Of a stretch of 64,000 bases of DNA, positions 1 to 10,403 are shown one piece after another. A program made the position numbers and the translations under genes. Source of the stretch: an uncultured cyanobacterium (GTDB lineage Bacteria; Cyanobacteriota; Cyanobacteriia; Pseudanabaenales; Pseudanabaenaceae); contig OY969811.1 in NCBI GenBank assembly GCA_963703315.1, positions 3,200,001-3,264,000 of the forward strand, written 5' to 3'. Positions within the stretch are counted from its first letter, which is position 1; every line of letters begins with the position of its first letter. The notes under the pieces were generated by a model, which did no database searches, was not told where the DNA came from, and saw only the letters and a program-made list of their open reading frames with translations.

Positions 1-345
1 GACTGCCTTAGATCCATGTTTTTGAAACCATTGCACTGATTTCTCGATGTCTTTCCCCGAAATGCCAATCCATCTACCATAGCGCTCTGCTAATAATTCT
101 AAACGCTGCTGCCCTAGTAATAGCCCCGCATAATACCAAGGAATCGCTCCCAAAATCGTGCCAATCACCCCTGCCGCGATCGCAGGAATCACTTGAATTT
201 GGGTATTTGGAAAAGTTGCAGTATATCCTGCCAAAGGCATAATCAATTCTGAAGGAATAGGTGGGAACAGATTTTCTAAAAACATCAGTAACCCAATCCC
301 TAGATAGCCTAGGGAATTCATTGTATTAGTAATCCATTCCTGCAT
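1..345 (-). CDS. DedA family membrane protein (runs off the window edge)
   Basis: Manual translation from ATG at 345: MQEWITNTMNSLGYLGIGLLMFLENLFPPIPSELIMPLAG..., the DedA signature. Confidence 0.9.
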   Translation of the reverse strand, partial: MQEWITNTMNSLGYLGIGLLMFLENLFPPIPSELIMPLAGYTATFPNTQIQVIPAIAAGVIGTILGAIPWYYAGLLLGQQRLELLAERYGRWIGISGKDIEKSVQWFQKHGSKAV

Positions 346-537
346 AGTATTTTTGCTTATTTATTGATGATTAGTTTCTTAAACCCTACCAAAAATCGTA
401 ACGAATATAGCGATTTCTATTATCAATAAACGCTATCTTGTTATTATCCAAGTAGTTATATTTATAGGCTTAATCTAGCAGTACTCAATTATTCTTATTT
501 CGCAAAGTTTATTCAACGTAAGTTCTGGCAATCGTCC

Positions 538-1071
538 ATGAAAAAGTCTGTAGTTTATCGCACTTTGCAAGTTGCCACCGCCGTCATTGCTTACTCCTTG
601 CTCTCTGTATGGGCTTCGACAAAACATATAGATATCGTTTCTAATCTTCTAACAGAGCTAGATTCGTTACTAGTGATTGTGGCGATCGCTTTAGTGTTGC
701 CTTACTTGTGTTTTAAAGCTCTGGGCAAGCTCTATACACCACCAAAATCACTAAATCTTGATAAATCATCACAATTTGGTGATTCTCCCCTGACGCAAGA
801 TGAACTGGATGCGATCGCCAAAGAGGATCTTGGCGTTATGCAATATCGAGGAAATCAATACAATCCTGAAGATTTAACCATCAACACTAGTCCCCCGACC
901 AATGACAAAAACAGTAGTGAATTTCAACCTGTCATCAAATATCGAGGAGTTAGTATTGCTGCCGATAGCCCCTCTCAAAATGTCGCCGAATCCTTTCCAA
1001 CACCCAAGGATTCCCAAAAATCTGCTAATCCTAAGGAAAGAATCAAATATCGCGGTTCCTATGTAGATTAA
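538..1071 (+). CDS. Membrane-anchored hypothetical protein with three YRG motifs (DUF4278-like)
   Basis: Two hydrophobic segments, then MQYRGNQY, IKYRGVSI and IKYRGSYV. Confidence 0.6.
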   Translation: MKKSVVYRTLQVATAVIAYSLLSVWASTKHIDIVSNLLTELDSLLVIVAIALVLPYLCFKALGKLYTPPKSLNLDKSSQFGDSPLTQDELDAIAKEDLGVMQYRGNQYNPEDLTINTSPPTNDKNSSEFQPVIKYRGVSIAADSPSQNVAESFPTPKDSQKSANPKERIKYRGSYVD

Positions 1072-1176
1072 TAGTTTTATTTTTTGTGGCGCGGGCAAAG
1101 TCACCGCCACAAAAACTGTTGACAAAAATTAAGATCAGCTAAAATCATTATTAATCTTTCATCGATAAAAAATTTC

Positions 1177-3081
1177 ATGGTTGTATTGCAGTCTTTCGCC
1201 ACAGAATCTCCAAACCTATCTACAGAATTAACTGGAACTGCCCAAAAATTTGCTGCAATGCGATCGCAACTTCGCAAACACAAAATAGATATCTATTTCG
1301 TGCCATCAGCCGATGAACATCTCAATGAATATTTACCTGAAGCGAAACAACGTCGTCAATGGATTAGTGGCTTTACTGGCTCCGCAGGTGATTTTTTAAT
1401 TAGCACGGATCAAGCATGGGTATTTGTGGATTCGCGCTATTACGAGCAAGCGGATATGCAAGTAGATGCGAACCTGCAAAAAGTCTGCAAAGTCGGATTA
1501 GAAGAGCATCAAACTGCGGAAGAAGTTCTCGAAGAACTCGGTCAAAAGGCATCGAAACAATTACAAACCTTGCGATTAGGTATCGATCCCTTCACAATCA
1601 CAGTTTCTCAATATCGGCGATTTGTGGAACGATTGGGTAACAGTGGTGTGGAAGTTGTGCCTGTACTTGAGAATCTTGTGGATACCGTGCGATCGCAAAG
1701 TCCTTGGGCAGAGAGTGAAATAATTCCTCCCTTTGGGGATCAACCTGTAATTACACTGCCTGATGCAATTACAGGGGAGAGTGTTGCTAAGAAATTAGAG
1801 CGTGTCCGCAAGGAAATGGGTAAGAAGAAAGCCACAATTCTACCCGTTACAAAGCTCGATCAAATTGCATGGCTCTACAATTTACGCGGTCGTGATGTGG
1901 AGTGCAATCCTGTATTTATTAGCTATGCGATCGTTACTCTGACTGATGCCTATCTCTTTACCAATAATGCACGGATTGATGCTGCTGTCCGTCAGGCACT
2001 CGCAGGACAAGTACAGATCTGTGAGTATGGTCAATACATATCTGTTTTGCGATCGCTGATCTCCGAAAATCAAAAAGTACTATTAGCAGTTTCCCAAACT
2101 ACATTAGTTACTTACTTGCAACTCAAGGAAGTCAATGCCACAATTGTTGAAGATACTCATCCCGTCGAGATCTTCAAAGCTCATAAAAATGTAGTCGAAA
2201 TTGCTCAGATGCAGCAAGCTAACCTCAAAGCTAGCCTTGCCAAAACTCTCACGCTCAAATGGATAGAAGAACAAATTGATGCTGGTAATTCCATCAGCGA
2301 ACGTGATGTTGCTAATAAAATCGAAGGTTTATACAAGCAACAGGAAGGCTTCTACGATCTCAGCTTTCCCACGATCGCAGGTGCGGGTGCGAATGGCTCG
2401 ATCGTCCATTACAGCAATCCTAATCCTGCTTGTAAACTTCTCAATGGGGAGTTATTGCTGTTAGATTCTGGTTCGCAGTTTTATGGTGGGACTACCGACG
2501 ACACGCGATCGATTAGCATTGGTACGCCGACAGATGAACAACGCGATCGCTATACCGAGGTTCTCAAATCCCATATTAACTGTGCGATGCAGAGATTCCC
2601 TAAAGGCACGACTGGCAGTCAAATCGATGGGATTGCCCGTTCTTCGATGTGGCAAAGTGGACTAGATTTTGGTCATGGCACTGGGCATGGTGTGGGCGTA
2701 TTCCTTAATGTCCATGAGGGACCAAATGGCATCAGCAAGCGCGTTAATCAATCCCTCGATCTTGGTACGATTAACAGTATCGAACCAGGGTATTACAAAC
2801 CGAAATGGGGTGGTATTCGGTTGGAGAATCTCTATTTTGTCAAAGAGGTGAAAAAACAGGAATCAGAGAGTTCTCAAGAGACAGATTCCAATTCTACACC
2901 TTGGTACGAGTTTGAATCCTTGACCTATATTCCTTTTGATAAGAAATTAATCGATCGCCACAAGCTCAATCCTCAACAAATTGTATGGCTAGAAAATTAC
3001 TATACTGCTGTGGTGGAAAAGTTATCACCAATGCTTAGTGAAGCTGAAACAGTATGGCTAAAGCAAGCTTGCAGCTTTTGA
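1177..3081 (+). CDS. Xaa-Pro aminopeptidase (M24B, long form)
   Basis: DSGSQFYGGTTDDTR, GHGTGHGVG..VHEGP, IEPGYY and GIRLEN metal-binding motifs. Confidence 0.93.
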   Translation: MVVLQSFATESPNLSTELTGTAQKFAAMRSQLRKHKIDIYFVPSADEHLNEYLPEAKQRRQWISGFTGSAGDFLISTDQAWVFVDSRYYEQADMQVDANLQKVCKVGLEEHQTAEEVLEELGQKASKQLQTLRLGIDPFTITVSQYRRFVERLGNSGVEVVPVLENLVDTVRSQSPWAESEIIPPFGDQPVITLPDAITGESVAKKLERVRKEMGKKKATILPVTKLDQIAWLYNLRGRDVECNPVFISYAIVTLTDAYLFTNNARIDAAVRQALAGQVQICEYGQYISVLRSLISENQKVLLAVSQTTLVTYLQLKEVNATIVEDTHPVEIFKAHKNVVEIAQMQQANLKASLAKTLTLKWIEEQIDAGNSISERDVANKIEGLYKQQEGFYDLSFPTIAGAGANGSIVHYSNPNPACKLLNGELLLLDSGSQFYGGTTDDTRSISIGTPTDEQRDRYTEVLKSHINCAMQRFPKGTTGSQIDGIARSSMWQSGLDFGHGTGHGVGVFLNVHEGPNGISKRVNQSLDLGTINSIEPGYYKPKWGGIRLENLYFVKEVKKQESESSQETDSNSTPWYEFESLTYIPFDKKLIDRHKLNPQQIVWLENYYTAVVEKLSPMLSEAETVWLKQACSF

Positions 3082-3090
3082 TAAACATTA

Positions 3091-3170
3091 GAAAGAGTGC
3101 AAAGCACTCTTTCCCCAAAAACAGAGATTGTGCCGCCCGCTACGCGGGCGGCACAATCTCTGTTTTTGGG
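3091..3170. repeat. Two adjacent hairpins between convergent genes (likely terminator/REP)
   Basis: gaaagagtgcaaagcactctttc, then cccaaaaacagagattgtgccgcccgc-tac-gcgggcggcacaatctctgtttttggg. Confidence 0.75.
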
Positions 3171-3186
3171 TTTACTTATGCCTAGC

Positions 3187-4857
3187 TTACAGTGCACCGA
3201 TCGCATATTCGATCAACTTGAGCAAAGACTTACTCATCTGCTCAAAGCCTTGACGTTTGAGAGCAGAAATTGCGATCGCATCGGGATACTGCTCTAGAAT
3301 TTTCTCTGGTTCCGACACTGCATCGATTTTATTGAAAACCAATAAAGTTGGTCCCACAGCGATCGGCATATCTTTAAGGATTTTATCTACGGATTTCAGT
3401 TGATCTTCCCAAGCAGAATGAGAAGCATCGACAAGATGGACTAAAACATCAGCTTCCGATACTTCTTCGAGCGTGGCACGAAAAGCATCAACGAGGGATT
3501 TGGGAAGCTCATGGATAAATCCTACAGTGTCGGTGAGCAGAACCGTGTGGATTTTGTCATCTTCACCCGTGAGACTGAGACGGCGCGTAGTGGGGTCGAG
3601 AGTGGCGAATAGCTTATCAGCAGCATAGACATCGGCTTTAGTCAGGGCATTTAGCAAGGTCGATTTGCCTGCATTGGTATAACCAACGATCGCTACAGTT
3701 GGCACTTCTTGATCGACTCGTTTTTGCCGAATGCGCGATCGCTGTGCTTGCAGATGATTGACCTGTTGCTGAAGGAAAGTGATCCGCTTTTGGATCACGC
3801 GGCGATCGGTTTCTAGTTTAGTTTCACCAGGTCCACGAGTACCGATACCACCACCGAGTCTAGAAAGGGCTTGTCCATGACCTGCGAGACGGGGTAATCG
3901 ATATTCCAATTGAGCTAGCTCGACCTGTAACTTCCCTTCTGACGACTGAGCGCGTTGAGCAAAAATATCGAGAATTACTTCCGTGCGATCACTAACTCGT
4001 AAACCGATCATTCTTTCGATATTGCGAGTTTGAGAAGCGGTCAGTTCGCGATCGAATACAACTAGGTTTGCGCCTTTAGTCTGGGCGGCGATCGCCAGTT
4101 CTAAAACTTTACCTTCACCGAGAACGGTCTGAGGATGAGGACGTTCGCGCTTTTGCCAGAGAGCATCAAGGACTTTGCCTCCTGCACTTTCCACCAAATG
4201 CCCAAGCTCAATCATCGTAAAGGGCATCGAGTCAGACTTTTCTTTTTGATGCATCAGTCCCACTAGCACCACGCGATCTTGGTTATCGTCAGTGGCTCGA
4301 CCTGCGAAATTACGACTAAATTCCTCTTCTAGACCTTCGACTAGTTCTAAGAAGTCTTGCTTGGATAGCTTGTCAATCGTCATTGGGCTAGATACACGCC
4401 AAGCCTCTTGATTTTCTGGCAATTCAGTATCAGTGGAGGGGAGTAAATGCGCCAAATAGCCGCGCTCAACGTAGCCTTTGAGATTGACTGGTAAAATGAT
4501 CAACGCATCTAGACGCTGCATTAACATTGCAGTTAAGTCCGTTGGATTAGGCGGCATGGCATCAGGACTGGCACAAATACACCTGATGCCACTCAGCCGA
4601 TCGCTACCATAACGCGGTAATTCTAGGGGTGGAATCTTCGTTTGATTAGGTGTGCCGATCGCCACCCTAATCACTTGTCCACGCCGATTGATATAAATGC
4701 AGATAGATTCCTTTAGCTCAGCGCTGATGACTGCAAGGCGTTGAGCTAATTCGGGTGTGGTAAGGCTATCTTGAGGCAACCGCGATCGATAAAGTCGATC
4801 CAATTGTTTTAATTGATGTGCCTTCAGTCCTTGGGTTTTTCCGTAAATAGTTTCGAT
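3187..4857 (-). CDS. hflX: GTPase HflX (probable start at ATC 4857, upstream of the tracked TTG at 4803)
   Basis: GGIGTRGPGETKLE, GYTNAGKS, DTVGFI and NKID motifs; frame stays open upstream as IETIYGKTQGLKAHQLKQL. Confidence 0.93.
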   Translation of the reverse strand: METIYGKTQGLKAHQLKQLDRLYRSRLPQDSLTTPELAQRLAVISAELKESICIYINRRGQVIRVAIGTPNQTKIPPLELPRYGSDRLSGIRCICASPDAMPPNPTDLTAMLMQRLDALIILPVNLKGYVERGYLAHLLPSTDTELPENQEAWRVSSPMTIDKLSKQDFLELVEGLEEEFSRNFAGRATDDNQDRVVLVGLMHQKEKSDSMPFTMIELGHLVESAGGKVLDALWQKRERPHPQTVLGEGKVLELAIAAQTKGANLVVFDRELTASQTRNIERMIGLRVSDRTEVILDIFAQRAQSSEGKLQVELAQLEYRLPRLAGHGQALSRLGGGIGTRGPGETKLETDRRVIQKRITFLQQQVNHLQAQRSRIRQKRVDQEVPTVAIVGYTNAGKSTLLNALTKADVYAADKLFATLDPTTRRLSLTGEDDKIHTVLLTDTVGFIHELPKSLVDAFRATLEEVSEADVLVHLVDASHSAWEDQLKSVDKILKDMPIAVGPTLLVFNKIDAVSEPEKILEQYPDAIAISALKRQGFEQMSKSLLKLIEYAIGAL

Positions 4858-5057
4858 ATGCGTTACTCAGTATAATTATAGGAGGCTATCTGAGACAGAC
4901 CTGATTGACTGACAAATATTACCAACAAATAGGCAAGATGCCCGTACCACAGGGATTTTATCTTTGTGGGTCAGACATCTTTTCTGACAAGGCTTTCAAA
5001 CACTTTTGTTAGTTAATCAGGAGACAGACTCTACAATTATACTGAACTGATATAGAC

Positions 5058-5780
5058 ATGAACGATGTAGCGCTTTTTTTGGTAACGCATGGCAGTAGCG
5101 ATCGCCGTTCTTGGTTAGGTTTACAAAATCTAGTCACATTAGCACAATCGCAAAGCGATCTCTATATTGGCGGTGGTTGTCTCGAAGGTCAGCCGCTCAC
5201 ACTTGCTCAGCAGTTAGAACAATTTGCAACGGCAATGATCGATAAGGGTATTCCTGAGATCATCGTCTTGCCAGTGTTGCTGTTAGCTGGTGTCCACGTT
5301 GCCGAAGACATTCCCGCAGAGATTGAGATCGCTCAAAGTCAAATCCAAGCGAAGTTTCCGAATCAGCTAATATTCCGTATTACTGCCCACTTAGGTACAT
5401 CTTCCCAAATTCCTAGTTTGCTAGTACAGCAATTTGAGAAATATACCGATAAGTCTGATTCAGAATCACAGGGTCGAATTATCGTTTCTCATGGCAGTCG
5501 TCGGGCGCTAGCCAATCAAGTAATTGAGGACTTAGCTGAGCAAAGTCAAGCGATCGCTGCCTATTGGGGAGTTGAGCCAAAGATCGAAGCTCAAATCGAA
5601 AAGTTATTAGCGCAAGGAATCCGCAAAATTAATGTCCTGCCATACTTTTTAACTGAGGGGGGGATTACAGAAATCATCTCTCATAAATTAAGCTCATATA
5701 GCGATCGCGCTCAAATTCAGCAGTTACCTGTACCATTATCAAATGAAAAGATCGTAGAGTTATTATTAAGGTCTATCTAG
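5058..5780 (+). CDS. Sirohydrochlorin chelatase (CbiX/SirB family)
   Basis: Two CbiX-type halves: THGS...GVHVAEDIP and SHGS...LPYFL. Confidence 0.85.
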   Translation: MNDVALFLVTHGSSDRRSWLGLQNLVTLAQSQSDLYIGGGCLEGQPLTLAQQLEQFATAMIDKGIPEIIVLPVLLLAGVHVAEDIPAEIEIAQSQIQAKFPNQLIFRITAHLGTSSQIPSLLVQQFEKYTDKSDSESQGRIIVSHGSRRALANQVIEDLAEQSQAIAAYWGVEPKIEAQIEKLLAQGIRKINVLPYFLTEGGITEIISHKLSSYSDRAQIQQLPVPLSNEKIVELLLRSI

Positions 5781-5890
5781 TTGGAATTAAACGTAGGATG
5801 GGTTAGCGATCGCGTAACCCATGATTGATACCTAATGAATGCGTTACATTGCATTAACACATCCTACATTTAATTAAACCTTCTTACTTA
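5781..5890. repeat. REP-doublet element (GTAGGATGGG...CATCCTAC) inside ...TACTTA ends
   Basis: Near-identical to the copies at 16641 and 23012. Confidence 0.8.
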
Positions 5891-5909
5891 ATGCATAAGG
5901 TAAAGACAG

Positions 5910-8447
5910 TTGACTGATAGATACAAACATCTTAATCCGATTTATCAAGAGATTCTCAAAAAAGAGCGTCTTAAAAGTTTAATGCGTATTGCTAAATGTA
6001 TGGAGAATAGTACTGTCGGAGTTTTTGTAACAACTCTAGATGATCAAATTCGTGGCATTAGTATCTCTTTTTGTGAGTTGTTAGGATACAGTAATGCCCA
6101 GTTATCTCAACTCACCTATGAACAAATCTGCCATCCTGATGATTTATCAGCTTACTACTTTCTCAAAGAGCGCTTGCTCTCCGATCAAATTGATCACTGT
6201 TATTTAAATGTACGCTATATCCGTGAAGATGGACAAATTGTTCAAGTCCTGCAAAACACAGATCTAGAAATTGAAGATGGTAAGGAACCTTACTTTATCA
6301 ATAGATTTGAAGATATTACTGATTGGGAGCAAACTGCTCAAAATCAAAGAGCTTTAGATGATCGGACTCGATATTTATTTAAAAATAATCCTAATCCTAT
6401 GTGGATTTATGATCTAGAAACCCTAGCTTTTTTAGATGTAAATCAAGCCGCAATCAATCACTATGGCTATAGTAAAGAAGAATTTTTAGCAATGACTGTG
6501 TTAGATATTCGACCTGCTGAAGATAAAGCGAGACTATTAGAAGCTATCTCTAAAATATCCTCAGGCTTGAGTGTAGAAACATCAATATGGCGGCATTATA
6601 AAAAAGATGGTAGTCAAATTTTGGTTGAAGTATCAGCACATACACTCAACTATAACAACCGCAAGTGTGAATTGATTTTAATCAATGATGTTACCCAGAA
6701 AATGCAAGCAGAGGAAGCCCTTCAAAGAGCCGAAGCTAAGTATCGGAGTATTTTTGAGAATGCGGTTGAAGGGATTTTTCAAACTTCGATTGACGGTAAA
6801 TTTTTGATTGCCAATCCGATGCTTGCTAAAATCTATGGCTATGAATCACCCGATGATTTGATTGCCAATCTTACCGATATTCAGTCTCAACTTTATGTCG
6901 ATCCCAATCGTCGGCAAGTATTGATTAATCTTTTAAAAGAACAAGAAGACGTTACTCTGTTTGAGTCTGAGGTTTATCGCAAAGATGGCTCTATTATATG
7001 GACTTCTGAAAATATCCATATAGTCTATGATATTGCGGGTAATATTTTGTATTTTGAAGGAACAGTTGAAGATATTACCGCTAGTAAACTCGCTAAAGCA
7101 GAAATTGAACATCTGGCTTTTCATGATTCTCTAACTAATTTGCCGAACCGAGTGCTATTTCGCGATCGCCTTTCGACGGCTTTGGTAAAGGCTGAAGAGC
7201 AGTTGCAAAACCATTTAAAGGAAAGTTCAATCGAAATTAAATCAATCCTGCCCTTGCTAGCGGTGCTGTTTCTCGATCTAGATCGTTTTAAATTAGTCAA
7301 CGATACGATGGGTCATGCCGCAGGCGATCGCCTCTTAATAGAAGTCGCCAAAAGATTAAGCGATTGCATGGTTGCTAATACTTTTTTGTCGCGGATGGGT
7401 GGCGATGAATTTATGATCTTTGTACCTGAGTTGCAGAGTGTCGAGTCGATTCAACAATTTGCTCAGCTAATTTTACAGTCCTTTGAGCAGCCTTTCTTTG
7501 TCGAAGAAATACCTCTTTATATTGGTACGAGCATTGGCATTAGCCTTTATCCTAATGATGGCATGGATGAAGAGACTTTAATGAAGAATGCTGATACAGC
7601 CATGTTTAGAGCCAAAGAACGAGGACGCAATCATTATCAACTCTATAACCATGCGATCGGCGCAAAAGTCAAAGAATATGTGGCGATCGAAAATGGAATT
7701 CGTCAAGCACTGGATCGTTCAGAATTTCAGGTATTCTATCAGCCTCAGATTAATCTACTGACAGGGGAAATCGACTGTATGGAAGCCTTAGCACGCTGGC
7801 TGCATCCTGAATTGGGTTGGGTTCCACCAAATCAATTTATTCCTGCGGCAGAAGAACATGGATTGATTGTCCGTTTGGGAGAATGGATTTTACGAACAGC
7901 TTGTCAGCAAAATAAAACATGGCAAAAACAAGGATTACCGCCGATTCGGATGGCTGTAAATTTTTCTGCAAAGCAGTTTCAGGTTGCCGATCTGTGCGAT
8001 CGCATTATGCAAATTCTCTTAGAAACTGAGTTAGAACCACAGTATTTAGAATTAGAAATTACAGAAAGTTTAGTCATGCAAGATCAAACTACAACGATTA
8101 AGATGTTAAAGCAATTGCAAGCATCGGGAATGAGCATATCGATTGATGATTTTGGAACTGGTTATTCTTCGCTGAGTTATTTGCGGTTATTGCCTGTTAG
8201 TAGCGTTAAAATTGATGCTAGTTTTATTCGTGAGATTCCTCAAAATCCTGATGACTCCGCAATTACGTCAGCAATTATTGTGATGGCTCATAGTCTCAAT
8301 CTGAGTACGATCGCTGAAGGTGTGGAGCGTAAAGAGCAGTTAGAATTTTTGCGATCGCATAATTGTGATGCTGTACAGGGATATCTCTTCAGTCGCCCTG
8401 TTCCTGCTCAAGAAGCAACTTTGTTACTGCAAGCGCAACTTAAATAA
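5910..8447 (+). CDS. Multi-PAS diguanylate cyclase/phosphodiesterase (PAS x3-GGDEF-EAL)
   Basis: Three PAS/PAC blocks; intact GGDEF, MEALARW and DDFGTGYS. Confidence 0.93.
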   Translation: MTDRYKHLNPIYQEILKKERLKSLMRIAKCMENSTVGVFVTTLDDQIRGISISFCELLGYSNAQLSQLTYEQICHPDDLSAYYFLKERLLSDQIDHCYLNVRYIREDGQIVQVLQNTDLEIEDGKEPYFINRFEDITDWEQTAQNQRALDDRTRYLFKNNPNPMWIYDLETLAFLDVNQAAINHYGYSKEEFLAMTVLDIRPAEDKARLLEAISKISSGLSVETSIWRHYKKDGSQILVEVSAHTLNYNNRKCELILINDVTQKMQAEEALQRAEAKYRSIFENAVEGIFQTSIDGKFLIANPMLAKIYGYESPDDLIANLTDIQSQLYVDPNRRQVLINLLKEQEDVTLFESEVYRKDGSIIWTSENIHIVYDIAGNILYFEGTVEDITASKLAKAEIEHLAFHDSLTNLPNRVLFRDRLSTALVKAEEQLQNHLKESSIEIKSILPLLAVLFLDLDRFKLVNDTMGHAAGDRLLIEVAKRLSDCMVANTFLSRMGGDEFMIFVPELQSVESIQQFAQLILQSFEQPFFVEEIPLYIGTSIGISLYPNDGMDEETLMKNADTAMFRAKERGRNHYQLYNHAIGAKVKEYVAIENGIRQALDRSEFQVFYQPQINLLTGEIDCMEALARWLHPELGWVPPNQFIPAAEEHGLIVRLGEWILRTACQQNKTWQKQGLPPIRMAVNFSAKQFQVADLCDRIMQILLETELEPQYLELEITESLVMQDQTTTIKMLKQLQASGMSISIDDFGTGYSSLSYLRLLPVSSVKIDASFIREIPQNPDDSAITSAIIVMAHSLNLSTIAEGVERKEQLEFLRSHNCDAVQGYLFSRPVPAQEATLLLQAQLK

Positions 8448-8532
8448 GTAGCTGGGCATAATTAAAAACCAGATCCAAAACCTGTGGCGCACGCGCAGCG
8501 TGCGCCACAGGTTTTGGGGTTTTATATTTAAT

Positions 8533-10236
8533 CCCACATTCCGCTCGTAATGGAAGGAAAAAAACAATTACGAAACAGGAGCAGGGAGCAAATAGTAGCG
8601 TTGGCAGGAGGGAGAAAAGAAATTCAAAATGTGAAGGCGAAGCGGAGACAAATTTGCAACTTGAGTCAGGTTCTGAAAAGAAACTAAATGAACCGCCATA
8701 AAACATTGAAAAATCCAACGCAAAGTTGGCGAATTAGTGGGTTTACCCAATTGATTAGGAATAGTATCTTGAGCGATGGCTAAGGCAAGTCTGAGTTGAC
8801 GTTGGGCTAAATTATAAACGAGCAAGCACAGTGCCATAATCATGCCCAAAGCCTCAATGCGTTTAGCAGACTTGAGAAAAACACTCGAAGTAAAAAACAA
8901 AGGATCTTTGAGGAAACGAAAACCACGCTCAGTGCTCTGCTGAGCCTTGTATTCCCGTAAAGCATCATCAGCCGTGAATTGTAAGGAATCAAGAATATTC
9001 GTGGCTAAAATAAACCTGCCACAACGCTGTTGCTGAGCCAAGATTTCTGAGTCTATAGGAATCACCGTTGCAGTAATCCGATAACTAATGCTGGTGGGTA
9101 TAGCATCAGGTTGTGGCTTACCCCGTTTCGCATAATGTGGTTTTTCTACTGCCTGAATATGGTCGAGTTGATGCCATTTCATCTTGGTTGATAATTTTTC
9201 AGCAGCAGCGATCGCGTCAGCAGCACAGGCAAAATCTTGTCCCGCCAAAGTGTGTAAATCTTGATGACATTTTTGCTGGACTTGCTCAAGCTTTTTGTCT
9301 AACTTTTTGATGTCTGATTTACGTCTTGCTTGGCTATCAACTAAAATCCATCTCTGTCTTACACCACCATACTCACTCACAGTTTCGGCTGTCCTGTATC
9401 CCTTAAATTTACTTTCTTGTAGGTCAGTTGTGCTTGACACTAAGTCACTTGCAGTTTTGATGCTTAATGGCACTCGGGTTAGCCATTTTAGTCCTGTCAT
9501 TGCTACCAGATTTTCTTCACTGTATAGCGCTGCATCGCCTACGCATATTCCCTCAAATGTCCACTGGGTTTTGAATTCTTGTAATAGTCCTGCAAATCTT
9601 GCTTTGTCGGCTTGATTTCCACTTACCACTTCCATCATTACGGGAATGTCTCCATCTCCTACACAGATCAGGTTCATCATAAATTGCTTCAGGTCGGGGC
9701 GATGGTCGCGTGAATATCCGTGTGTGATTTCGATACTCCCTTCTTCCTCTCTGCCATATTCCCCATCTACGTGAAATGAGGTTGAGTCTATATGTCCTGT
9801 TTCTACCTTGACATCGTATTTCGCTACTGCTTTCAGGCTGATTCCTAAAAATGTCTCACTCAGTCCTGCTTCATGTAAGTCATCCAGTACTTTACCGATG
9901 CGGTCATCATTGATTTGTTCGGCTGTTATCCCTTCCCCCAATAAGTGCTCGGTTGCTTTTCCTTCAAAGAATTTACCAAACATATACAGGGGCGCTGATA
10001 CAAATCCTAATCCATTCAGGAGCATTGCTTTGACGATTACCCCTGCGCTTACTTTTTCTCTTGAGCTTCTCCCGATTATCGTGTTTATTTCTTCCACGAT
10101 TCCCATCTCGTCGATGATTCCTGCCACGATCCCTAGATGGTCTAGGTTCGTTACTTTCATCTCTGTATTAATATCTGCCTCCTCTTTTTGCCTTTTCTCT
10201 AATTATTTTACCCTTCCATTACGAGCGGAATGTGGG
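8533..10236 (-). mobile_element. IS1634-family insertion sequence
   Basis: Perfect 25-bp IRs cccacattccgctcgtaatggaagg (8533-8557 and 10212-10236); TTTAAT duplicated at 8527-8532 and 10237-10242. Confidence 0.92.
8568..10160 (-). CDS. IS1634-family DDE transposase
   Basis: NLDHLGIVAGIIDE, HIDSTSFHVDG, GYSRDHRPDLKQ and ERGFRFLKDP; uninterrupted 530 aa. Confidence 0.93.
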   Translation of the reverse strand: MKVTNLDHLGIVAGIIDEMGIVEEINTIIGRSSREKVSAGVIVKAMLLNGLGFVSAPLYMFGKFFEGKATEHLLGEGITAEQINDDRIGKVLDDLHEAGLSETFLGISLKAVAKYDVKVETGHIDSTSFHVDGEYGREEEGSIEITHGYSRDHRPDLKQFMMNLICVGDGDIPVMMEVVSGNQADKARFAGLLQEFKTQWTFEGICVGDAALYSEENLVAMTGLKWLTRVPLSIKTASDLVSSTTDLQESKFKGYRTAETVSEYGGVRQRWILVDSQARRKSDIKKLDKKLEQVQQKCHQDLHTLAGQDFACAADAIAAAEKLSTKMKWHQLDHIQAVEKPHYAKRGKPQPDAIPTSISYRITATVIPIDSEILAQQQRCGRFILATNILDSLQFTADDALREYKAQQSTERGFRFLKDPLFFTSSVFLKSAKRIEALGMIMALCLLVYNLAQRQLRLALAIAQDTIPNQLGKPTNSPTLRWIFQCFMAVHLVSFQNLTQVANLSPLRLHILNFFSPSCQRYYLLPAPVS

Positions 10237-10258
10237 TTTAATTTCACCTAGCTACTTA

Positions 10259-10403
10259 GAACTTACGCAACTCAACCAAGAACTAAAGTTCTTGGCTTAA
10301 AGCTAAAGTCAGCTAAAGCAGACTGAAGAATTACTATGATCAACCCGTTTCAACGGGTTTAAGCTTTCAGCCCGTAATTTATTACAGGGCTATTGCGTAA
10401 GTC
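10259..10403. repeat. ACTTACGCAA...TTGCGTAAGT miniature element containing several internal hairpins
   Basis: Terminal IR shared with 25336-25424; internal palindromes ccaagaactaaagttcttgg and aacccgtttcaacgggtt. Confidence 0.7.

Larger units (their letters stand above)
8445..10258. repeat. TAAGTAGCT...AGCTACTTA miniature palindromic element, interrupted by the IS1634 element
   Basis: 8445-8532 joined to 10243-10258 reconstitutes an element matching 37012-37110 and 61214-61317. Confidence 0.8.

Noticed and set aside
9113..10251. Antisense ORFs over the transposase, and similar short overlapping ORFs throughout
   Set aside because: Shadow frames of real genes, with no recognisable motifs.
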